Positions 40,512-50,722 of a stretch of 64,000 nucleotides of DNA are shown here, in pieces (position 1 is the first letter of the stretch; each line of letters starts with the position of its first letter). The notes below the pieces were generated by a model, which was not told where the DNA came from, made no database searches, and worked only from the letters and a program-made list of their open reading frames with translations. The DNA is from Reclinomonas americana ATCC 50394 (lineage: Eukaryota), in assembly GCA_048213135.1 (NCBI GenBank), contig PS015010.1:1674001-1738000 (forward strand). Direction: 5' to 3'. Made by a program: the position numbers and the translations under genes.

Positions 40512-42422
40512 ATGCAAAAATATTTCCTCTTCGCCTGCCTTTCCTGCCTGTCGTTGTCCCTTTTTTCGCAGAATGCCGATTCGGCCTGGATAAGGGAAAA
40601 CTATTACAAAAAGGAAGAAATGATTACCATGCGGGATGGTGTTAAACTGTTTACTGCCATCTACATCCCGAAAGATTCTTCTGAAAAACATCCCATACTG
40701 TTCAACCGCACGCCCTATTCCTGCGCTCCTTATGGCGATAAGATCAACCCGCGCCTCTACCTCACCTACTGGCTCAACTACCTGAAGGAAGGTTACATCA
40801 TTGCTATACAGGATGTAAGGGGCTGCTATATGAGCGAAGGCAACTTTACAGATGTACGTCCCTTCAACCCCAATAAAAAAGGCACCGACATTGACGAGGC
40901 CAGTGATACTTACGACGCCATCGACTGGATGGTGAATAACGTTCCCGGCAACAACAAACGTGTAGGCGTGTTCGGCATTTCCTACCCGGGCTTCTACTCT
41001 ACTATGGCGGCACTCAGCAATCACCCCGCACTGAAAGCCGTGAGTCCGCAGGCGCCGGTGACCGACTGGTTCGAGGGTGATGATTTTCACCACAACGGCG
41101 CCCTCTTCCTGATGGACGCATTCGGCTTCATGAGCAGCTTTGGTAAACCCAGGCCCAAACCCACCACCAGCAGCCAGCCGGGTTATGATACCCGTTCACA
41201 GGACAATTACGACTTCTACCTGCGCACCGGCGCCATCAGGAATTTCAGTAAACTGCTGGGCGACAGCATCGCGTTCTGGAATGACATGATGAAGCATCCT
41301 GACTATGATGCCTGGTGGAAGGCACGCAATACCCGCAACTTCGTGAGCCAGGTACGCCCCGCCATGCTGGTGGTGGGCGGTCTCTTCGACGCGGAGGATT
41401 GTTTCGGTGCCTGGAACCTGTATAAAAGCATCGAGGCTAAAAGTCCGCTCACCGACAACCGCCTGGTAATGGGCCCCTGGTTCCATGGCGGCTGGGGAGG
41501 CCGCGGCGATGGCAGTTATCTCGGCAATGTGCGTTTTGGCAGCAAAACGAGTGAATTTTACCAGCGCAATATCGAACTGCCTTTCTTCAATTTCTACCTC
41601 AGGTTAAGGGGCACAGTTAGCGACATCGCCGAAGCCAACATTTTCTTCACCGGCGAAAATGACTGGAAGCAACTCAAATCATGGCCGCCGCAAAACGTGA
41701 CTTACCGGTCATTATACATCACCCCATCAGGCAAACTCAGTTTTGAAGATGCAGCGTCAAAAATAAAACCGGAAGACCGTGCCAGGCGCCCGGCCGTATT
41801 CAGCAGCTATACCAGTGATCCGGCGCACCCCGTGCCTTATACGGAAGATGTGCACGCCGGCCGCACCAGGGAATACATGAGCGATGACCAGCGTTTCGCT
41901 TCCCGCAGGCCCGATGTACTCAGTTTCAGTACCGATGTATTGACCGAAGACATTACACTCGCCGGTCCGGTGGTTGCCGACCTCATGGCCAGTATTTCCA
42001 CTACCGATGCCGACTTTGTAGTAAAACTCATCGACGTCTTTCCTGACGATTTTAAATATGACGAAGCTACTTACGGTAAAGGTAACGGTATCGCCTACCC
42101 GATGGGTGGTTACCAGATGCTGGTAAGGGGCGAAATTATGCGGGGCCGCTATCGCAATAGCCTCGAAAAACCCGAAGCCTTTGTGCCCGGTAAAGTCACC
42201 GAGGTTAAATATGCCCTGCCCGATGTGGCGCATACCTTTAAAAAAGGCCACCGCCTCATGATACAAATACAAAGCAGCTGGTTCCCGCTGGTTGACCGCA
42301 ACCCGCAGCAATTCGTGAACATTTACGAATGCAGCGACAGCGACTTCCGCACATCGGATATCCGCATTCATCACGACGTTAACAACATCACCAAATTCAT
42401 ATTACCTGTTCTTCAGCCATGA
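40512..42422 (+). CDS. CocE/NonD family hydrolase (alpha-amino-acid ester hydrolase / glutaryl-7-ACA acylase-like), copy 1
   Basis: MRDGVKL, RTPY, QDVRG, GISYPG, FDAED, GPWFH, QSSWFP. Start at MQKYFL. Confidence 0.9.
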   Translation: MQKYFLFACLSCLSLSLFSQNADSAWIRENYYKKEEMITMRDGVKLFTAIYIPKDSSEKHPILFNRTPYSCAPYGDKINPRLYLTYWLNYLKEGYIIAIQDVRGCYMSEGNFTDVRPFNPNKKGTDIDEASDTYDAIDWMVNNVPGNNKRVGVFGISYPGFYSTMAALSNHPALKAVSPQAPVTDWFEGDDFHHNGALFLMDAFGFMSSFGKPRPKPTTSSQPGYDTRSQDNYDFYLRTGAIRNFSKLLGDSIAFWNDMMKHPDYDAWWKARNTRNFVSQVRPAMLVVGGLFDAEDCFGAWNLYKSIEAKSPLTDNRLVMGPWFHGGWGGRGDGSYLGNVRFGSKTSEFYQRNIELPFFNFYLRLRGTVSDIAEANIFFTGENDWKQLKSWPPQNVTYRSLYITPSGKLSFEDAASKIKPEDRARRPAVFSSYTSDPAHPVPYTEDVHAGRTREYMSDDQRFASRRPDVLSFSTDVLTEDITLAGPVVADLMASISTTDADFVVKLIDVFPDDFKYDEATYGKGNGIAYPMGGYQMLVRGEIMRGRYRNSLEKPEAFVPGKVTEVKYALPDVAHTFKKGHRLMIQIQSSWFPLVDRNPQQFVNIYECSDSDFRTSDIRIHHDVNNITKFILPVLQP

Positions 42423-44281
42423 CAAAAACCATTACCACACTGACCATTGCACTGGGGCTTGCTTCCGCAGCATTCAGCCAGGCCAGCACCTATTCCGTAA
42501 AGGACAACTATACCAAGATTGACACCACCATTACCATGCGTGACGGTGTTAAACTGTATACGGTCATTTATGTACCCAAGGATCAGTCGAACACCTACCC
42601 CTTTTTGCTGGAGCGTACACCTTATTCCGCCGGGCCTTATGGAAAGGATAATTATCCCCGCAGCATCGGCCCCAACAACAGCCTCATGAAAGAGCAGTAC
42701 ATTTTCGTGAACCAGGATGTACGCGGCCGTTACATGAGCGAAGGCATCAACTTGGAAGTGACGCCGTACATCGCTAACAAAAAAAACAACAAGGATGTGG
42801 ATGAAAGCAGTGACACCTGGGATACCATTGACTGGTTGCTGAAAAACATTCCCAATAACAACGGCCGTGCGGGCATCGCCGGTATCTCTTACCCCGGCTT
42901 CTACGCCACTGCCGCATTGCCCGGTGCTCACCCCGCACTGAAAGCGGTAAGCCCGCAGGCACCTGTAACCGATGAATTTATCGGCGATGATGCCAACCAC
43001 AACGGCGCTTTCTTCCTGCTCGACAATTTCGGTTTTATGGGATTCTTTGACCTGGAAAGAAACGGCCCGGTGCAGGACTATGCCAAAGCCCTGTTCAAAG
43101 CCACTTACAGGGATGCTTACTCTTTCTTCCTGAAGATGGGCTCAGTAAAGAACACCAACGGTCCCCAGTACTTCAACCGCAAAAGCGTGATCTGGAATGA
43201 ATACCTGGAACATAATACGTATGATGCGTACTGGAAGGCCCGCAACATCAGGCAGCACCTGAAAAACGTTACAATCCCCACACTGGTGGTGGGTGGCTGG
43301 TTTGATGCGGAAGACCTTTTCGGCGCACTGCATACTTATGAAGCCATAGAAAAACAAAGCCCGGTCAACAACAACCGCCTGGTGATGGGGCCCTGGACAC
43401 ACGGCGCCTGGGCCGCGGGAGAATGGACCAAATTTGCCACGCAGGAATTCGGCAGCAACACCAGCAAGTTTTTCCAGGACAGTATTGAAACCGCTTTCTT
43501 CAATTTCTACCTGAAAGACAAAGGAAGTTTCGATAACAGCGAAGCCACTGTTTTTGAAACGGGCAGCAATCAATGGAAAAGTTATCCTGCGTGGCCGCCG
43601 AAACAATCAGCACCGGTGAAATATTATTTACAGGGCGGTAATAAACTGTCCACGCAAAGTCCTGTTTCCGGTTATGAAGAATACCTCAGCGACCCGGCCA
43701 AACCGGTGCCCTATACCAACGGCACTTTCCGCGGACGTAACAATGAATATATGGCTGAAGACCAGCGTTTCGCCGCTTCAAGACCCGATGTGCTGGTATT
43801 TGAAACCGACACCCTGACCGAAGACCTCACTTTATCGGGCCCCATACTTGCTGATCTTTTTGTAAGCACCACTGGCACCGATGCTGACTTTATCGTTAAG
43901 GTGATTGATGTACTGCCCGAAAATGAGGTTACACCAAAGGGCTCACCAAGGGGACTCATTATGTCGGGGTACCAGCGCCTGGTAAGGGCTGAAGTGATGC
44001 GGGGCAAGTTCCGCAACAGTTTTGAAAAACCCGAACCCTTTGTACCCGGCAAAGTGGCTGAAGTAAAATTTGCGCTGAATGATGTGGCACACACTTTCAA
44101 AAAAGGCCACCGCATTATGGTACAGGTACAGAGCAGCTGGTTCCCGCTGGTAGACAGGAACCCGCAGCAGTTCATGACCATACCCACGGCAAACGATAAC
44201 GATTTTAAAAAAGCTACCATACGCATCTGGCATGAAGGCGGCAACGCCAGCCATATTGTATTACCGGTAATGCATCCATAA
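42419..44281 (+). CDS. CocE/NonD family hydrolase, copy 2
   Basis: Same motifs (GISYPG, FDAED, GPWTH); ATGA overlap with copy 1. Confidence 0.9.
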   Translation: MTKTITTLTIALGLASAAFSQASTYSVKDNYTKIDTTITMRDGVKLYTVIYVPKDQSNTYPFLLERTPYSAGPYGKDNYPRSIGPNNSLMKEQYIFVNQDVRGRYMSEGINLEVTPYIANKKNNKDVDESSDTWDTIDWLLKNIPNNNGRAGIAGISYPGFYATAALPGAHPALKAVSPQAPVTDEFIGDDANHNGAFFLLDNFGFMGFFDLERNGPVQDYAKALFKATYRDAYSFFLKMGSVKNTNGPQYFNRKSVIWNEYLEHNTYDAYWKARNIRQHLKNVTIPTLVVGGWFDAEDLFGALHTYEAIEKQSPVNNNRLVMGPWTHGAWAAGEWTKFATQEFGSNTSKFFQDSIETAFFNFYLKDKGSFDNSEATVFETGSNQWKSYPAWPPKQSAPVKYYLQGGNKLSTQSPVSGYEEYLSDPAKPVPYTNGTFRGRNNEYMAEDQRFAASRPDVLVFETDTLTEDLTLSGPILADLFVSTTGTDADFIVKVIDVLPENEVTPKGSPRGLIMSGYQRLVRAEVMRGKFRNSFEKPEPFVPGKVAEVKFALNDVAHTFKKGHRIMVQVQSSWFPLVDRNPQQFMTIPTANDNDFKKATIRIWHEGGNASHIVLPVMHP

Positions 44282-44300
44282 AACGAGAGGAAAAAGCTAT

Positions 44301-46667
44301 ATGAAAAAAATCATTCTGATGATGGCGCTGCTGGCGCAGGGTGCAGTATTCGCACAGGTATCTATTGTTCCGCAACCGGTGATGTTCGAAGAACACAAGG
44401 GACGGATGACGATCAGTAAAAGCACTATTATTATCTGTCAGCCCGGGCTGGAACGCCAGGCAGGCTTGCTTAATGACTATATCCAATCCGTGACCGGTTA
44501 CCGGTTAAGAACGGCAAAGACAGGTCCTGCCGTTAACAGCATCGCATTCATGCTTGGTAAAGCGGAGCCCGTAAACGGCGCCTATATACTCGACATCAAA
44601 AGCAACCGTATTGAATTGACCGGGCAGGATGGAGCCGGCATCATGTATGGTGTGCAAACACTGATACAGGCCATGCCTGCCAGCGGAAGATCATTGAGTG
44701 CGCAGCAATTGCACATCACCGATTATCCCCGCTTCGCTTACCGCGGTATGCACCTGGATGTGGCCCGGCATTTTTTCCCGGTGTCCTTCGTTAAAAAATA
44801 TATTGACTATCTCGCTTTTTATAAGTTCAATACATTTCACTGGCACCTTACCGATGACCAGGGCTGGCGTATTGAGATCAAAAAATATCCCAAACTCACC
44901 AGCATTGGTGGCTGGCGCAATGGCACCATCATTGGCCGTTATCCCGGCAAAGGCAACGACAGCCTGCACTACGGCGGATACTATACCCAAGCCCAGGTGA
45001 AAGAGATCGTTCAGTACGCGGCCGACCGTTTTATAACCGTGATCCCCGAAATAGAAATGCCCGGTCATGCCTCCGCGGCTATTGCGGCTTATCCCCAGCT
45101 CAGTTGTTTCCCGGATGAATCCACCGCGGTACCCAAGGGCTGTACCTGGGCCGGCCCCACCACAGGCAAACAGGTGCAACAGACCTGGGGTGTATTTGAA
45201 GATGTATTTGCACCAACAGAATATACTTTCAATTTTTTGCAGGACGTGTTGGATGAAGTGATGCCCCTCTTCCCTTCGAAGTATATCCATATCGGCGGTG
45301 ATGAATGTCCGAAGGAAGCCTGGAAACGGTCGCCTTTCTGCCAGCAGCTGATCAAAGACAAAGGACTGAAAGATGAGCATGGCCTGCAGAGTTATTTTAT
45401 ACAACGCATCGAAAAATACCTCAATGGTAAAGGGCGCCGTATCATCGGCTGGGATGAAATCCTGGAAGGCGGACTTGCTCCTGATGCTACAGTGATGAGT
45501 TGGCGTGGTGAAGAAGGCGGGATTGCCGCCGCTCAACAGGGACATGATGTGATCATGACTCCCGGCAGCCATGTGTACTTTGACCATTCTCAAAGCTCTG
45601 ACGAAGACAGTGTGACCATTGGCGGCTATACCCCGCTGGAAAAAGTATACAGCTACGAACCCGTACCCGCAGTACTGAACGCGGAACAGGCAAAACATAT
45701 ACTGGGCGCACAGGCCAACGTATGGGCTGAATACATTAAGTACCCTTCGAAAGTGGAGTATACGATCTTTCCCCGCATTACCGCGCTGAGCGAAGTATTG
45801 TGGAGTCCGAAAGATAAACGCGACTGGAAAAATTACGAAAAGAAATTACCTCAGATCTTTGCCAGGCTTGACAGGCAAAAGATCAATTACAGCAAAGCCT
45901 ACTACCAGCCCGTTATTTCGGTTACCCCCTCTCCTGCCAATGATGGCATTCTATTGAAAGTGAAAAGCAAAAAACCGGATGGCCGGTTTTATTACGGGCA
46001 GAAATCCAATAGCAGTTTTACGTCGTTCCGCGATTCTGTCAGCGCCACCATCAATGCTAGCGGCATATACAATGTAAGAATGCTGGGCGAAGAGAAAAAA
46101 GGAGCAGGTGAAAAATGGGGTACCAGATCTGTTCCTTCGTTTGATTATGTATTCAGCAAAGACCTCTCCTTCTCTTTCAACAAAGCCACCGGCAGGAAGA
46201 TCACACTGGAGAATCCTCCGCACAGGAGTTATCCCGGCAATGGCGCTTTTACATTGGTTGACGGTATACAAAATACGATGGGCATGTCGCGTTCCGCTGA
46301 ATTCCTCGGCTTCCTGGGTAAGGACATGATCGCTACCATTGATTTGGGCAGGGATGTGGAAGTATCAAAAGTGACGGTACATACACTCGACCAGAACGGA
46401 AGCTGGATCTATCTTCCCGCGGAAGTGGAAGTATCATTCATTCCTTACGTTGACACAACCGTCATCACCCGGCATCCGCCCATTGAAACGGTTCACACAA
46501 CTGTTGCCCAACAGAAAGATCCGCAGCGCATCGTACTCACGTCTACATCGCCCCGTACCTGCAGGTACATCCGTGTAGTAGCAAAGAATTATGGCATCAT
46601 ACCAGGTGGCAACCCCGGCGCCGGACATGAGGCCTGGTTGTTTGTAGATGAGATTGAAGTGGAGTAG
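44301..46667 (+). CDS. Beta-N-acetylhexosaminidase (GH20) with C-terminal F5/8-like domain
   Basis: DYPRFAYRGMHLDVARHF, FHWHLTDDQGWR, PEIEMPGH, HIGGDE; C-terminal WLFVDEIEV. Confidence 0.95.
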   Translation: MKKIILMMALLAQGAVFAQVSIVPQPVMFEEHKGRMTISKSTIIICQPGLERQAGLLNDYIQSVTGYRLRTAKTGPAVNSIAFMLGKAEPVNGAYILDIKSNRIELTGQDGAGIMYGVQTLIQAMPASGRSLSAQQLHITDYPRFAYRGMHLDVARHFFPVSFVKKYIDYLAFYKFNTFHWHLTDDQGWRIEIKKYPKLTSIGGWRNGTIIGRYPGKGNDSLHYGGYYTQAQVKEIVQYAADRFITVIPEIEMPGHASAAIAAYPQLSCFPDESTAVPKGCTWAGPTTGKQVQQTWGVFEDVFAPTEYTFNFLQDVLDEVMPLFPSKYIHIGGDECPKEAWKRSPFCQQLIKDKGLKDEHGLQSYFIQRIEKYLNGKGRRIIGWDEILEGGLAPDATVMSWRGEEGGIAAAQQGHDVIMTPGSHVYFDHSQSSDEDSVTIGGYTPLEKVYSYEPVPAVLNAEQAKHILGAQANVWAEYIKYPSKVEYTIFPRITALSEVLWSPKDKRDWKNYEKKLPQIFARLDRQKINYSKAYYQPVISVTPSPANDGILLKVKSKKPDGRFYYGQKSNSSFTSFRDSVSATINASGIYNVRMLGEEKKGAGEKWGTRSVPSFDYVFSKDLSFSFNKATGRKITLENPPHRSYPGNGAFTLVDGIQNTMGMSRSAEFLGFLGKDMIATIDLGRDVEVSKVTVHTLDQNGSWIYLPAEVEVSFIPYVDTTVITRHPPIETVHTTVAQQKDPQRIVLTSTSPRTCRYIRVVAKNYGIIPGGNPGAGHEAWLFVDEIEVE

Positions 46668-46769
46668 ATCATTAGATAATTTGAAGATGTGATGATATGC
46701 AAATGTGCGGATGAAGAGATTGGAAAGCTTCCCGCTTTTGAATTTTTACTTTTTACTGTTGACTTAATA

Positions 46770-48209
46770 CTACAGACCTCCCTGCAATTGTTTCAACTTG
46801 CTATTCGCATCCGGATTCTTAGGATTGATCTCCTGCGCTTTTTTATAATACCGTATGGCATCGTCCTTCCTGCCCAGGGCTTCATAGGTTTTGGCCAGGC
46901 TGATCATGACCAGGTCACGGGTGGGGAATTCAACCACGTTGTTCTCGAAAATGATACGGGCATCCACATAACGCTTTAAGGTGTACAGCATGTTGCCCAA
47001 CTGGTCCATCGCCAGCCAGTCAATATAATAATGCGCCGTATCAGTCTTCATTCGCCTGTATTCATCAACTAACCCTTTCGTACCGTTTATGCCGATGTAT
47101 TTTTCCAGGGCCTTGTGTACAGGTTCCTTGATGTCGACCGGTTTATTGTTTAAAACTTTCAGCAAACTGCCGGCGATACCGAAGAAATGCGTAGGCGAAC
47201 TGTTACAGAGAAAAACAACAAGACTGTTGGTGGAAGGTACCCGTACCAGGAAAGAAAGAAAACCCTCCGTCATACCCAGGTGATAATTCGCAAATACGCT
47301 ATCCGTTGGCGAGTACCTGAATTGCTGGTTGAACCATCCGAAACCATAACGCCACGGCCGGATGCCCGGTGTAAACATCTCCTCCGTGAGTTGCCTGTTC
47401 AAAAGTGTATGATTGGTCAGTGCCAGGTGAAATTTCATCAGGTCTTCCACTGTCGAATAAATATCCCCTGTACCCATCGTATTCGACTGGTCGCGGAAAT
47501 CAGCGCTCGTATAACCACCCAGCGTATAGTCGTAACCGGTAGCCCGCCTGGGCACCACCTGCGTATGATAATAAGAACCCGAACCGTTCATACCCAGCTG
47601 ATCAAAAACATCTTCCTTCATCAGCTGTGCATAGGATTTGCCGCTCACCTTTTCCATGATGTATCCCAGTGTATAATATCCCCAGCTGCTGTAAGCGTAG
47701 CTGCTGCCCGGTTCAAAGAGCAAAGCCGAGTCCATATACAGTTTACTGTATGCCTCCCGGGTAAACTCCTGCCTGCTGATCTTTGGAAAGAAATCCGGCA
47801 TGATCTCATAATTCGGCATACCCGAAGTATGGCTGAGTAACTGGCGTATCGTAATGCGGCTGCCGTTCTTTTTAGAATAGTCCGGCAGGTAATCGGATAT
47901 GGTTTTATCCAGGCTAAGCAATCCCTTCTGTACCTGTATCAGCGTCAGCACGGCCGTGAGCGGTTTCGACACCGACCCGATCATGAATTTGGTATCCGTA
48001 GTATTAGGAATATTCCACTCCCGGTTGGCCAGTCCGAATGCGCCTTTATATACCACTTTACCCTCCCGGGCCACCAACACGCTCCCATCAAACATATTGA
48101 ACCGGTGATAAGTTTCCATGACCGATTTCAGCCGCTTCTCCAGGCTTTGGGACATACTCGGAAAAGAGAGCAGCAATGCTGCAAACAAGCATACAGTCAA
48201 ACGTTGCAT
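46770..48209 (-). CDS. Serine hydrolase (AmpC/beta-lactamase-like) with C-terminal TPR
   Basis: F.IGSVSK (SxxK), LLSHTSG, FEPG..Y.YSS, HLG; TPR-like tail. Confidence 0.88.
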   Translation of the reverse strand: MQRLTVCLFAALLLSFPSMSQSLEKRLKSVMETYHRFNMFDGSVLVAREGKVVYKGAFGLANREWNIPNTTDTKFMIGSVSKPLTAVLTLIQVQKGLLSLDKTISDYLPDYSKKNGSRITIRQLLSHTSGMPNYEIMPDFFPKISRQEFTREAYSKLYMDSALLFEPGSSYAYSSWGYYTLGYIMEKVSGKSYAQLMKEDVFDQLGMNGSGSYYHTQVVPRRATGYDYTLGGYTSADFRDQSNTMGTGDIYSTVEDLMKFHLALTNHTLLNRQLTEEMFTPGIRPWRYGFGWFNQQFRYSPTDSVFANYHLGMTEGFLSFLVRVPSTNSLVVFLCNSSPTHFFGIAGSLLKVLNNKPVDIKEPVHKALEKYIGINGTKGLVDEYRRMKTDTAHYYIDWLAMDQLGNMLYTLKRYVDARIIFENNVVEFPTRDLVMISLAKTYEALGRKDDAIRYYKKAQEINPKNPDANSKLKQLQGGL

Positions 48210-48282
48210 AGGCTGAATATTGAAGGATCGATAACTCAATATAATAAAGATCCGGGCAGAAACAAAGAGGCGCAAAGGAACG

Positions 48283-48429
48283 TAATGCACCAGTTTCATT
48301 TTGGGCCATTCCCACGGGAGAGCCCGTCCCGATGAGGAACGATATCAGGAAGGAATCTCTTTCCTGTGGCGAAAGATAGCTCCTTATCTCGATATGACAC
48401 TAAGGAACAGGATTCAAACTGGTGCACTA
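48283..48429. mobile_element. 147-bp MITE/REP-like element with 14-bp terminal inverted repeats
   Basis: TAATGCACCAGTTT ... AAACTGGTGCACTA (13 of 14 complementary, TA at both ends); non-coding interior with REP-like hairpin remnants. Confidence 0.55.
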
Positions 48430-48460
48430 TTCAAATGAATAACCCGGACAGTCTTCACCA

Positions 48461-48522
48461 CTCATAATTCATCATTCATAATTCATAATTGATTCGTAAT
48501 TTGTCATTCGTAATTGTAATTG
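48461..48522. repeat. 7-mer tract (ATTCATA/ATTCGTA) upstream of nagB
   Basis: ctcata attcatc attcata attcata ... attcgta atttgtc attcgta attgta. Confidence 0.7.
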
Positions 48523-48528
48523 ACTCCC

Positions 48529-50445
48529 ATGAACAAGATTGACCTCACCGATTCGCTTGAAAAAATCCCGGTAAAAATATTCTCCAACCCGCACCAGGGC
48601 TCCGTATTTGTGGCGCAACAGATCGCCGCGCTCATCCGCGATAAAGAGGCGGAAGGGAAAAAATGTGTCATCGGCCTGGCCACCGGCTCTTCGCCAAAAA
48701 CATTGTATGCCGAACTGGTACGCATGCACCAGCAGGAAGGGCTGAGTTTTAAGAATGTGATCACTTTCAACCTCGACCAGTACTACCCCATGGACAAGGA
48801 CGCCCTGCAAAGCTACCATTACTTTATGCGGAAGAATTTATTTGAGCAAACCGACATCGACCCTAATAATTATCACCTGCCCGATGGCATGATACCCAAG
48901 GATAAAGTAAAAGAACACTGCCTCGATTATGAAAAAAAGATAGAAGAGGCCGGCGGTCTCGATCTGCAGATACTCGGCATCGGCACCAACGGGCATATCG
49001 GCTTCAACGAACCCGGGAGCGGCATCTACAGCAAAACACGCCTCATTACGCTCGACAACAGCACCCGTATGGCCAACAGTTATGAGTTTGGCAACATGAG
49101 CCAGGTACCGCGTATGGCCATCACCATGGGCATCAGCACCATTCTCAGGTCCAGGCAGATCATCCTCATGGCCTGGGGCCCCGCCAAAGCGCCCGTGATC
49201 AAAAAAGCAGTGGAAGATGACGATACGGAAGACGTGCCCGCATCATTATTGCAGAACCACGACGACTGCACTTTTGTGGTGGATGAAATGGCCGCGGCCG
49301 AGCTCACCCGTTTCAAGAGCCCCTGGCTCACCGGTGAGTGCGAGTGGACAAATGCCATGATGAAACGTGCGGTGGTCAACCTGGCGCTGCAGCTGGAAAA
49401 ACCCGTGCTCAGCCTGACCAACAACGACTACAACGACAATGGCCTCAGTGATCTGCTCGTGGAAAAAGGCGATGCCTACGAGATCAACCTGCAGGTATTT
49501 TATATGCTTCGCGACAGCATCACCGGCTGGCCCGGCGGCAAACCAACTGAACAGCGTTTATCCCATCCTGAAAGAAATACGCCTTTTCCAAAAAGGGCAG
49601 TCATTTTTTCCCCGCACCCCGACGATGACATCATCAGCATGGGCGGTACTTTCATGCGCCTGCACGACCAGGGGCACGACGTACATGTGGCGTACCAGAC
49701 CAGTGGCAACATTGCCGTTACTGATGAGTTCGTGACCCGCTTCATCGACTTCGCCGTAGGGTTTGAGAATATGTTCGACATCGACGACACCAAAAGCAGG
49801 AACATCCTGGCCGAAGCCACCGCTTTCCTGCAAAGTAAAAAATCAACGGAAAAAGATACGGAGTCCATCCGTGCCATTAAGGGACTCATCCGCCGTTGCG
49901 AGGCCAAAGCCACCTGTAAATATGTGGGACTGAAAGACGACCAGATCCATTTCCAGAACCTGCCTTTTTATGAGACCGGCACCATTGAAAAGAAACCCAT
50001 GAGCCAGGCCGATGTGGACCTTACCATACAATTGCTCAACGAACTGCAACCGCAGCAGATCTACTGCGCCGGTGATTTCGCCGATCCGCATGGCACGCAT
50101 AAGGTTTGTTTTGATGTAGTGATAGAAGCCCTTAAACAAATAAAGAACGCCGGCGCAAGCTGGATCAATGACTGCTGGCTCTGGCTGTACAAAGGCGCCT
50201 GGCAGGAATGGGACATCACCGAAATTGAAATGGCCGTACCCATGAGCCCCGATCAGGTGATCAAAAAACGCCACGGCATCTTCATCCATCAATCTCAAAA
50301 AGACAGCGTACCCTTCCAGGGCAGCGATGACCGGGAGTTCTGGCAAAGGGCCGAAGAACGCAATGCCAATACCGCACAACTCTATGCCAGCCTGGGCCTT
50401 ACCCAGTATGCGGCGATGGAGGCGTTTGTGAGGTGGAAGTTTTGA
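48529..50445 (+). CDS. nagB: Glucosamine-6-phosphate deaminase fused to a PIG-L deacetylase-like domain
   Basis: GLATGSSP, TFNLD, GIGTNGHIGFNEPG; C-terminal FSPHPDDD and DPHGTH. Confidence 0.93.
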   Translation: MNKIDLTDSLEKIPVKIFSNPHQGSVFVAQQIAALIRDKEAEGKKCVIGLATGSSPKTLYAELVRMHQQEGLSFKNVITFNLDQYYPMDKDALQSYHYFMRKNLFEQTDIDPNNYHLPDGMIPKDKVKEHCLDYEKKIEEAGGLDLQILGIGTNGHIGFNEPGSGIYSKTRLITLDNSTRMANSYEFGNMSQVPRMAITMGISTILRSRQIILMAWGPAKAPVIKKAVEDDDTEDVPASLLQNHDDCTFVVDEMAAAELTRFKSPWLTGECEWTNAMMKRAVVNLALQLEKPVLSLTNNDYNDNGLSDLLVEKGDAYEINLQVFYMLRDSITGWPGGKPTEQRLSHPERNTPFPKRAVIFSPHPDDDIISMGGTFMRLHDQGHDVHVAYQTSGNIAVTDEFVTRFIDFAVGFENMFDIDDTKSRNILAEATAFLQSKKSTEKDTESIRAIKGLIRRCEAKATCKYVGLKDDQIHFQNLPFYETGTIEKKPMSQADVDLTIQLLNELQPQQIYCAGDFADPHGTHKVCFDVVIEALKQIKNAGASWINDCWLWLYKGAWQEWDITEIEMAVPMSPDQVIKKRHGIFIHQSQKDSVPFQGSDDREFWQRAEERNANTAQLYASLGLTQYAAMEAFVRWKF

Positions 50446-50589
50446 TTGGATATGACGGACAACTGACCGCAAACGACAGGCAGCATGGGAGAACCTTACC
50501 AAAAAGGATCTGTTTTGTTGAACCCATGCAGGAGGTCATCAGAAGCTTTATCAAACTATAACACAATCATTTACAAGCATATCGCTATT

Positions 50590-50618
50590 AAGTCCCGGGC
50601 AAGAACCAGGGACTTTTA
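50590..50618 (+). terminator. Terminator after nagB
   Basis: AAGTCCC...GGGACTTTT. Confidence 0.6.
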
Positions 50619-50722
50619 ATATTGCCCAGACCCAAGATTTCCCCATTTCCCTGATTCCCTGCGGGTTTTGATCGTTTTTTTTTAATTTCAGGGCCATTTT
50701 AACACCGCCAAGCTAAACAAGC

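Noticed and set aside
48529-50445. NagB-PIG-L fusion as a novelty
   Set aside because: This long NagB architecture is common in Bacteroidota.
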